This document shows, one piece after another, positions 55,451 through 62,291 of a stretch of 62,291 nucleotides of DNA. The stretch comes from Methanobacteriota archaeon. Lineage in GTDB: Archaea > Thermoplasmatota > Poseidoniia > Poseidoniales > Poseidoniaceae. Positions within the stretch are counted from its first letter, which is position 1. The number at the start of each line of letters is the position of its first letter. The translations under genes and the position numbers were made by a program. The stretch spans positions 47,960-110,250 of the forward strand of contig PBMQ01000015.1 of the NCBI GenBank assembly GCA_002722615.1, written 5' to 3'. Below the pieces are notes generated by a model that was not told the origin of the DNA, did not search any database, and was given only the letters and a program-made list of their open reading frames with translations.

Positions 55451-55458
55451 GCTATGTG
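55451..55458 (+). promoter_or_regulatory. GCTATGTG octamer (preceded by CATAAT) 21 nt upstream of ATG 55480
   Basis: The spacing class is the same as the other family members. Its GTG is also the ORF-track start codon. Confidence 0.35.
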
Positions 55459-55479
55459 GTGGAAGTCGAGAGGATGAGC

Positions 55480-57237
55480 ATGGTTGAAGAGGAAAGACCG
55501 GGATGGTTGATCCTTGACGGCTATGAGGATGAACCTGCAGCCTTTGGTGTTCCACCGTATGTCGGTTTTCATATTCGATACGTATGTGGTGTCCTCGAAC
55601 AACACATGATCGATTACACCTACATGACCATTGATCAATGGCGATTAACCTCACAACAAGAACGGGAAGATCTTCTTCGTTCTACTGATGGATTTGTCTG
55701 CATTGCGGGTGCAGTTGTTCCTGGCCGATACATTCGTGGAACGCCAATCTCAAGAAAGGAGTCAACCGAGTTAATTCGACTTCTTCCTAGCAACATTCCT
55801 GCACTCTTCGGAGGATGGGCGGTGCGGGGCTGGAAACAACAAGGATGGCTGCCCCTACGTTCCAATCTGTTCCTTGCAGTTCAGGACACTGATGCAACGT
55901 TAAACCAATTCCTCAAGAATGGGACCTGGAAGCATCAACGACGGAACGCTGAGGAATGGACAACATGGGCTCAACTCGGAGCAAAGAGCAAAGCCGTTAC
56001 ACATCATCCTGACCTTGGAACGGATGAGAACAAAGGACCGCTCACCTACGAAGTCGAAGTCTACCAAGGCTGTGTACGATTCAAACGCGGTTGTAAATTT
56101 TGCATTGAACCCAAAAAAGGGATACCAATATGGCGAACACCTGAAGACATCATTCGAGAAGTCCAACTTGCTCATGATTCAGGTGTTCAACATGTTCGAC
56201 TTGGTGGAATGACGGACACATACACATACATGGCTGAAGGCGTAAAAGATCTAGAATATCCCATACCAAATCCCGAACCAATCGCACAGTTACTTCACGG
56301 GTTGCGAGAAGACGACAGGCTCGGTATTCTCCATACAGATAACGGAAACCCTTCGATTATTGCAGAAAACATCGAACCTTCAACCGAGATCACCAAGACA
56401 CTCGTCGAGACGCTTTCTGATGGTGCTGTTCTATCGTTTGGATTGGAGTCTGCTGATCCAAGTGTCCATGCGGCGAATTGGTTGAATTGTGATGCTCAGC
56501 AGTTGAAAACTGCACTTCGACTCATCAATCAATACGGACGAGAACGTGGCGAGAGAGGGCTTCCAAAGTTGCTTCCGGGGCTTAATTTCATTGCAGGACT
56601 AAATGGTGAACGACCAGAAACCTATGACATGAATCTCAACCTCCTTCGAGAATTACGAAACGAAGGCCTGTTGTTACGTCGAATCAACATCCGACAAGTG
56701 GAAGGGGAAGGATTCCAAGAGATTCCGCAATCGGAATTTAAGCAGTTCAAATCTGCAGTTCGTGAAGACATTGATACACCGTTACTACAAGAATTGTTTC
56801 CGCTCGGGCACGTCCTTCGTGACGTACATTGGGAAACGCATGATGGTCGAACAAGGTTGCCGGTTCACCTCACGGAGGAGCATACTGGTAACAGCGTTCA
56901 TGGACGTGCGGGATTGACGTTCGGACGTCAAATTGGAGCATATCCAATCCTTATTGGAGTCCCGTATCACATTCCACTTGAATCATCTTCAGACATCATG
57001 ATTACTGGCCATGGTGCTCGTTCAATTACTGGTGTCGAGGTAGGTTTAGACATCAATTCGGTGACCGAAAAGCAACTCGATGCAATACCAGGTATTGGTA
57101 AGAAATCAGCATGGAATCTCATCTCAGCACGAGCGAGACTCAAACGAAAAGAGACTGCTCCGTCACTGGAACAAATCTTTGAAACTGCAAAGATAGAACC
57201 GAATACGACGATACTATCCGTACTTGGAGACAAGTAA
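55480..57237 (+). CDS. Radical SAM protein with a C-terminal helix-hairpin-helix (COG1031 type)
   Basis: N-terminus ILDGYEDEPAAFGVPPYVGFHIRY, Cys cluster GCVRFKRGCKFCIEP and C-terminal HhH LDAIPGIGKKSAWNLISAR. The track start is GTG 55456. In-frame ATGs lie at 55474 and 55480. Confidence 0.8.
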   Translation: MVEEERPGWLILDGYEDEPAAFGVPPYVGFHIRYVCGVLEQHMIDYTYMTIDQWRLTSQQEREDLLRSTDGFVCIAGAVVPGRYIRGTPISRKESTELIRLLPSNIPALFGGWAVRGWKQQGWLPLRSNLFLAVQDTDATLNQFLKNGTWKHQRRNAEEWTTWAQLGAKSKAVTHHPDLGTDENKGPLTYEVEVYQGCVRFKRGCKFCIEPKKGIPIWRTPEDIIREVQLAHDSGVQHVRLGGMTDTYTYMAEGVKDLEYPIPNPEPIAQLLHGLREDDRLGILHTDNGNPSIIAENIEPSTEITKTLVETLSDGAVLSFGLESADPSVHAANWLNCDAQQLKTALRLINQYGRERGERGLPKLLPGLNFIAGLNGERPETYDMNLNLLRELRNEGLLLRRINIRQVEGEGFQEIPQSEFKQFKSAVREDIDTPLLQELFPLGHVLRDVHWETHDGRTRLPVHLTEEHTGNSVHGRAGLTFGRQIGAYPILIGVPYHIPLESSSDIMITGHGARSITGVEVGLDINSVTEKQLDAIPGIGKKSAWNLISARARLKRKETAPSLEQIFETAKIEPNTTILSVLGDK

Positions 57238-57268
57238 CCTCCTTGAAGCCGAACGATGGCGTTCAACT

Positions 57269-57949
57269 ATGGCGACATGGGTGATTACCGGTGCAAATCG
57301 TGGCCTTGGACTAGAATTTGTTAAGCAATTGCTTGCGAGTGGCAATCAAATTATCGCTGGCGTACGACATATCGACTCGATGCCGATTCACCATGAGGAG
57401 TTGACCGTATTCTCATTGGATGTCAGTTCAAGCGATTCTGTCAACCAATTTGCAGAACAGGTCAAGACCATCACAAATCAAATCGATGTATTGGTCAATA
57501 ATGCAGGACAAATGGATGGACGTTGGCAATCCCTAGATGAGGTCGATCCAGAGATCTCACTCGAAGTCATGAACGTTAACACCATTGGACCATTGCGAGT
57601 TAGTCAAGCTCTTTGGCCACTCTTGCAAGGACCAACATTGACGAAAGTAGCCAACATTTCTAGCCTCATGGGGTCGATTGAAGACTGCATGAGTGGAAGG
57701 TCCTATGCATACAGAACAAGTAAGACTGGGTTGAACATGATCAGTAAAGTCCTTGCTGTTGAAGGTCAGAAAGACAACATCACTGTAACTGCTTACCATC
57801 CAGGATGGGCCAAGACAGACATGGGAGGCGAACGAGCACCAGTACCTGTCTCGGATTCTGTTCGAGGATTAATTGAACTCATTAACGTTCAAGAAACTGA
57901 AAAAACCGGGCGATTCTTTGAGTATACTGGAGTGGAACTGCCGTGGTAG
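57269..57949 (+). CDS. Short-chain dehydrogenase/reductase (SDR)
   Basis: From ATG 57269: WVITGANRGLGLEFVKQL (TGxxxGxG), NNAG and YRTSK (YxxxK). Confidence 0.85.
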   Translation: MATWVITGANRGLGLEFVKQLLASGNQIIAGVRHIDSMPIHHEELTVFSLDVSSSDSVNQFAEQVKTITNQIDVLVNNAGQMDGRWQSLDEVDPEISLEVMNVNTIGPLRVSQALWPLLQGPTLTKVANISSLMGSIEDCMSGRSYAYRTSKTGLNMISKVLAVEGQKDNITVTAYHPGWAKTDMGGERAPVPVSDSVRGLIELINVQETEKTGRFFEYTGVELPW

Positions 57950-58674
57950 AGTCCATTTCTGAGCAATTGAAAGACGCAGCATTACGGCTCTCAGAAGATT
58001 GTAATCGTGGAACAGGTCGTATACTCAGGCATAAATCGGTAGCGCATGTGACAAATCCTCTCGATTATGCATGGGCTTATCATGAGCAATTCCTTGACAA
58101 ATGGAGCGGTTTTGGAGCAAAAACACTGTTGCTGGGAATGAATCCCGGCCCCTATGGAATGGCTCAGACGGGAGTCCCATTTGGTGCAACTGCGATGGCT
58201 CGAGATATTCTCAAAATTGAGGAACGCCAAGTAGTGACACCAGAAGGAGCCCATCCTAAACGCCCAATTGAAGGGCTTTCTATGGAACGCCAAGAGGTTT
58301 CAGGAACACGATTTTGGTCCATGTTATCGGACCATTATGGTTCTACAGAAGCAATCTTCTCCAACATCTTCGTGGTCAATCACTGCCCATTGCTTATCCT
58401 TGCAGAAACAGGACGTAACGTAACACCTGTTGATCTTCCGAAATCAATCATCGAGCCAGTGTTGAAAGCTTGCGATCGACACCTTGAATCCGTGGTCAAC
58501 ATTATGGGAATTGATTCCGTTGTTGGCGTTGGTAATTACGCCAAGAAGCGTGCACAGTCAGTACTCAACGATGTTGATATTGATGCTATGTGGCATCCTA
58601 GCCCAGCATCACCTCTAGCAAACCGTAACGGGGGCGCAGATTGGAGGGCCAACGCGACCTCAAAAATTCCGTGA
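57943..58674 (+). CDS. SMUG1-type (family 3) uracil-DNA glycosylase
   Basis: 243 aa. LLLGMNPGPYGMAQTGVPFG and WHPSPASPLAN match the two SMUG1 signature motifs. GTG start 57943 overlaps the SDR stop (GTGGTAG). Confidence 0.75.
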   Translation: MVESISEQLKDAALRLSEDCNRGTGRILRHKSVAHVTNPLDYAWAYHEQFLDKWSGFGAKTLLLGMNPGPYGMAQTGVPFGATAMARDILKIEERQVVTPEGAHPKRPIEGLSMERQEVSGTRFWSMLSDHYGSTEAIFSNIFVVNHCPLLILAETGRNVTPVDLPKSIIEPVLKACDRHLESVVNIMGIDSVVGVGNYAKKRAQSVLNDVDIDAMWHPSPASPLANRNGGADWRANATSKIP

Positions 58675-58695
58675 CCATGTAAAGTCGGGGATGAA

Positions 58696-58703
58696 ATTAA
58701 GTG
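58696..58703 (+). promoter_or_regulatory. ATTAAGTG octamer 22 nt upstream of ATG 58726
   Basis: The element is A/T-rich and TATA-like, ending in GTG. That GTG is out of frame and is followed by TAG. Confidence 0.4.
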
Positions 58704-58725
58704 TAGCAATGCACACCGGGGGGTC

Positions 58726-60636
58726 ATGCAACAACAACTTGCGTGGGAACAACAGCCAAACGACCGCCAGTGGGTAAAGCCAGAAGGAGATGACCCCCGA
58801 ACTCTCTATCAGATGCTCATGACAAGTGCTGAGCGATTCAGTAACAACCCATGTTTTGGTTACATTCCAGCGCCTGGAATGTCCCGTGTCCACCTCACCT
58901 ACCAAGAATTTGGAGAACTCTCTACCGCAGTTGGAAAGCAACTTCGTGACATTGGCGTTGGCGCAGGCGACCGAGTTGCCATGATTCTCAACAACTCAGT
59001 GGAATGGGCAGCCCTTTCCTACGGAGCAAATGCACTTGGAGCCGCATACACTGCAATGTATACGCATCAACACGGTTCCGAATGGGCATACATCCTTAAC
59101 GACTCAACACCATCTCTCATTGCGGTAGCAGATACAGAAGTTCTTGACAAGTTGGTTGCAAATCTGCCAGACGATGCATCAGCATGGCCTAACTGTGGTG
59201 TGCTCTTGCTTGGAGGAGAACCTGCAAACGAACTTCCTCCAGAAGGTGTTGCCGTTCACAACTGGTCTGAGTTTGTTGCCTCTGGACGTGCAAGTGAAGC
59301 ACCTATCGATGTTGCTGACGATCCATTCGCACTCAACACGTTGATTTACACATCGGGAACAACAGGAAATCCAAAGGGAGTTATGTTGACCAACTGGAAC
59401 ACACTCTCCAACATCCTTTGTGTCCAATCCGCATTCAAGATTTATGTTGGCGATAAAAACGCTGCTTTCCTTCCGTGGGCACACTCCTTCGGCAGCACGT
59501 TTGACCTCCACTGGATGATTCGATGTGGCGTACACATCAACCTCATCTCAGACTTGACAAAGATTGCTGACGAGTGCATCGAGATCAAGCCAGCAGTACT
59601 CCTCGCAGTACCTCGTGTTTGGAACAAGTTCTACGACCGAGTCAATTCCCAATTTGAAGCTGCGACCGGTCTGAAGAAAGTCCTCATTGGAAAGGCAAAG
59701 AAATCTGCTGCGAAGCGAATCGCCAAGGCTGGCGTAGAGTGCGATGCAGTTCCTGCAAAGGGCTTCTTTGACAAGTTGTACGACAAGTTGGTTTGGAGCA
59801 AGGTTCGCGCCCGATTTGGTGGGAACATTCGATTCTGTATGTCTGGTGCCGCTGCTCTCTCTCCCGATGTTGCTGAGTTCATCCAGATGGTCGGATTCAG
59901 TTGCTACGAAGGCTATGGCCTGACAGAAACCTCACCACTGGTTGCTGCAAACGGATGGTCCGGACCAGGCACTTCCAAACTGCGATGTGTTGGTCGAGTT
60001 GCCAACGGTGTCAAGGTCACCATCGACACAGATGCATGGGACGACCCTGACCGTCCGGATGAAGGGGAGATCATCGTTACTGGACCAAACGTCATGCTCG
60101 GCTACTGGAACAATGAAGAAGCGACTAAGGAAGTCATCATGGAACCAGGAACCTTCCGAACAGGCGACCTTGGCAAGTTGTCTGCAGATGGTTACCTCTC
60201 GATTACTGGCCGTGTCAAGAGCCAGTTCAAACTTGAGAACGGAAAGTACGTCTCTCCTGCTCCACTTGAAGAGAACGTTAAACTCTCACCACTGGTTGAA
60301 CAAGCAGCTCTCGATGGACGAAACATGCTCAAGACCTACCTCATCGTTCACCCGAACCTCGAGGCAATGAAGGCTGCATTGAAGTCTGCAGGTGTGGATG
60401 CATCTGGTAGTAACGAAGAATTGTGCTCACGACAATCCACTCGAGACTGGATGCTCTCCGAACTCAAAGCGAATGCTATGCAAGCACCAACATGGAAGGG
60501 ATATGAAGTCCCCGCAACCATCATCCTCGATCACGAAGAGTGGACGACCGACAATGACTTGTTGACACCGTCCATGAAGGTCAAGTTGCGAAACCTTCTG
60601 GCTCGTCACGAAGAATCCATTGCTGCCATCAATTGA
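58726..60636 (+). CDS. Long-chain acyl-CoA synthetase (AMP-forming)
   Basis: 636 aa. AMP-binding signature LIYTSGTTGNPKGVMLT, GYGLTETS and TGDLGKL. Confidence 0.9.
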   Translation: MQQQLAWEQQPNDRQWVKPEGDDPRTLYQMLMTSAERFSNNPCFGYIPAPGMSRVHLTYQEFGELSTAVGKQLRDIGVGAGDRVAMILNNSVEWAALSYGANALGAAYTAMYTHQHGSEWAYILNDSTPSLIAVADTEVLDKLVANLPDDASAWPNCGVLLLGGEPANELPPEGVAVHNWSEFVASGRASEAPIDVADDPFALNTLIYTSGTTGNPKGVMLTNWNTLSNILCVQSAFKIYVGDKNAAFLPWAHSFGSTFDLHWMIRCGVHINLISDLTKIADECIEIKPAVLLAVPRVWNKFYDRVNSQFEAATGLKKVLIGKAKKSAAKRIAKAGVECDAVPAKGFFDKLYDKLVWSKVRARFGGNIRFCMSGAAALSPDVAEFIQMVGFSCYEGYGLTETSPLVAANGWSGPGTSKLRCVGRVANGVKVTIDTDAWDDPDRPDEGEIIVTGPNVMLGYWNNEEATKEVIMEPGTFRTGDLGKLSADGYLSITGRVKSQFKLENGKYVSPAPLEENVKLSPLVEQAALDGRNMLKTYLIVHPNLEAMKAALKSAGVDASGSNEELCSRQSTRDWMLSELKANAMQAPTWKGYEVPATIILDHEEWTTDNDLLTPSMKVKLRNLLARHEESIAAIN

Positions 60637-60696
60637 GCGAAAATCAACCGATTGGGTTTTCAATCCCAATCGATGGGCTTACTTTGGTGACCCACT

Positions 60697-62291
60697 ATGG
60701 TTCGTGAACTCATTACCGTTGAAGGCGTAGACAGAAGTTTCGGACCTACCGATGTTTTGCAAGACATCAACCTCATCGTAAACGATGGTGACCGAATTGG
60801 AATCGTAGGTCACAACGGTGCAGGAAAGACAACACTGCTCAATACAATCAGCGAACAAGAGCAGGATGTTGGAGACATTGATTTCGCTCCAGGAATACGA
60901 ATCGCGTACCTCACCCAAATTCGAGATATTGAATCTGATTCCACCATCGAGGAGGAACTTGGGCGAAAGGGTCGACAATTCCAAGAGTTGGAAGATGAGA
61001 TCGCCTCCATTGAAGCCCAGATGATTGATCCAGCATTTTACGAAGGCGATTGGGAGCCTGTCATGGAACGCTACTCCGAACTTCAACAAACACTCGCATC
61101 TTCTGGCGGAGGGAATGTCGCAGGCATTGCTAAGGGAATTCTTGAGCGACTTGGACTTGACAAACACCCAATGGAAATGCCTGTTGCCCAACTCTCTGGT
61201 GGAGAGAAAGCAAAACTCGCTCTTGCCCGCCAACTGGTTGGACTTTCAGGAATCGATGTTATGTTCCTGGACGAACCAACCAACCACCTTGACATTCAGA
61301 CTACAGAGTGGCTGGAGGTGTTTTTGAAAGAGTTCAAAGGAGCACAGCTCATTGTTTCGCACGACCGATATTTCCTTGACCAAGTCTGCAATAGAATTGT
61401 CGAAGTGGATAACCTTCGTGCTTGGCCATGGAAAGGTAATTACAGTCAGTTCATTGTTCAGAAAGTGGCCAGTGAACAGGCCCTCAATGAGCGAATTGGC
61501 AATCTGGAGAAGAAGATCCAATCCACGACCGGCGCAATTCAGCAAATGAAACGTGCCAATAAATATGATAAATCGATCTCAGCAAAACACAAGATGATTA
61601 CACGTATGCAACAGGAACTAAAAGCACTGAAATCACGTGTACCAAAGAAGCGAAAGCCACTGGTTCTCACATTGGATGCAATTGACAAAGCAAGCATGGA
61701 TGTCTTGGAACTTGTTGATGCTACAAAAACCTTCGAAGGTCTTGAACGACCCGTTCTTGACAACCAAACACTTGAGGTCCGCAAAGGCGACCGGATTGGA
61801 ATTGTAGGTGGAAACGGGCAAGGAAAAACAACTTTGTTGAAGATAATCAATAACGAATTGAAACTCGATTCAGGTAAAATCGATGTCTCCCCGGGTACGG
61901 TCATTGGCTACTTCCATCAAGACCATGCAACACTCGACTTTGAGCTCAATCCGGTTGAACAAATTCAGAAATTGCGTCCAGATTACCAATACGGTGACAT
62001 CCGTGCAGCATTGGGACGATTCCAGTTTTCTAGTGATCAAGTTGGAACAAAACTCAAGCAACTCTCTGGCGGTGAACGAGCACGTGTAGCATTGCTCAAG
62101 CTTTTGCTTGAGGACAACAATCTGTTGCTGATGGATGAGCCTACCAATCACTTGGACATGGAATCCAAAGAGACACTTGAAGAAGCTCTCATTGGATACG
62201 AAGGCTCACTTATCACCGTTTCTCACGACCGGTGGTTCCTCGACCAAGTCGTCAATCGAATTTGGGAAATTGAAAGTGGTAAAATCAAGGT
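60697..62291 (+). CDS. ABC-F family ATPase (two tandem ABC domains, no TM). The 3' end runs off the right window edge.
   Basis: This gene is absent from the supplied ORF track. From ATG 60697: MVRELITVEGVDRSF. Walker A GHNGAGKTT, signature LSGGEKAKL and Walker B FLDEPTNHLD, then a coiled-coil linker, then a second set GGNGQGKTT, LSGGERARV and LMDEPTNHLD. The frame is open to 62291. Confidence 0.9.
   Translation, partial: MVRELITVEGVDRSFGPTDVLQDINLIVNDGDRIGIVGHNGAGKTTLLNTISEQEQDVGDIDFAPGIRIAYLTQIRDIESDSTIEEELGRKGRQFQELEDEIASIEAQMIDPAFYEGDWEPVMERYSELQQTLASSGGGNVAGIAKGILERLGLDKHPMEMPVAQLSGGEKAKLALARQLVGLSGIDVMFLDEPTNHLDIQTTEWLEVFLKEFKGAQLIVSHDRYFLDQVCNRIVEVDNLRAWPWKGNYSQFIVQKVASEQALNERIGNLEKKIQSTTGAIQQMKRANKYDKSISAKHKMITRMQQELKALKSRVPKKRKPLVLTLDAIDKASMDVLELVDATKTFEGLERPVLDNQTLEVRKGDRIGIVGGNGQGKTTLLKIINNELKLDSGKIDVSPGTVIGYFHQDHATLDFELNPVEQIQKLRPDYQYGDIRAALGRFQFSSDQVGTKLKQLSGGERARVALLKLLLEDNNLLLMDEPTNHLDMESKETLEEALIGYEGSLITVSHDRWFLDQVVNRIWEIESGKIK

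Noticed and set aside
60649-60672. An 8-bp inverted repeat CGATTGGG-ttttcaat-CCCAATCG after the acyl-CoA ligase stop, considered as a possible terminator hairpin.
   Set aside because: It is short with a large loop. Archaeal termination mainly relies on oligo-T tracts. It overlaps the expected promoter region of the ABC-F gene. It is not convincing without 3'-end data.
60679-62151. Minus-strand ORFs (184, 121, 99 and 93 aa) at the right end.
   Set aside because: They are antisense shadows of the clearly recognisable ABC-F ATPase (Walker A, signature and Walker B, each present twice) on the plus strand.
1-62291. A search for tRNA, rRNA, CRISPR arrays, IS elements, integrases, toxin-antitoxin or restriction-modification genes.
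   Set aside because: No non-coding gap exceeds ~96 nt. None of the gaps shows tRNA-like arms or repeat-spacer periodicity. No ORF has transposase, integrase or nuclease motifs that I could recognise.

Overview
This 62.3-kb window is a very gene-dense chromosomal segment of an archaeon, about 97-98 % coding by my own gene calls. I call 43 protein genes. By eye I found no rRNA, tRNA, CRISPR array, IS element, integrase or recognisable defence genes. Archaeal markers are TATA-binding protein, mevalonate kinase, exosome cap Csl4, NMD3, SepF, a METTL5-like methylase, a COG1031-type radical SAM protein and promoter-like elements at leaderless distance from the ATG. The gene content includes five giant PKD/CARDB-type surface proteins (about 30 % of the DNA), secreted peptidases, an acyl-CoA ligase with an EtfD-like oxidoreductase, NiSOD and ccm genes. 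This suggests a marine heterotrophic planktonic euryarchaeote of the Marine Group II / Poseidoniales type, but that is inference only. Two genes that run off the window edges are missing from the supplied ORF track: a >1401-aa surface protein on the minus strand at 1..4205, and an ABC-F ATPase at 60697..62291. I found no obvious self-contained novel cassette such as a defence or mobile island. The observations most worth follow-up are these. (1) Two tandem paralogous ~1170-1200-aa surface proteins share a conserved cytoplasmic tail motif GLPxGWTMEQWxxYGxQ(W/Y)L, and sepF lies directly downstream. (2) A 1632-aa membrane-anchored subtilase with a Pro-rich, zinc-ribbon cytoplasmic tail sits next to a rhomboid protease that also carries a C-terminal zinc-ribbon-like extension. 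(3) An exosome Csl4 is fused to two RRM domains. (4) An octamer TTSAWGTG lies at a fixed 21-22 nt upstream of many start codons, in the position where the tbp gene has a canonical TTTATATA. (5) The TBP has a 21-23-aa insertion in its second repeat. (6) All seven convergent gene pairs abut or overlap. All functional calls come from motifs read by eye. No database search was run.
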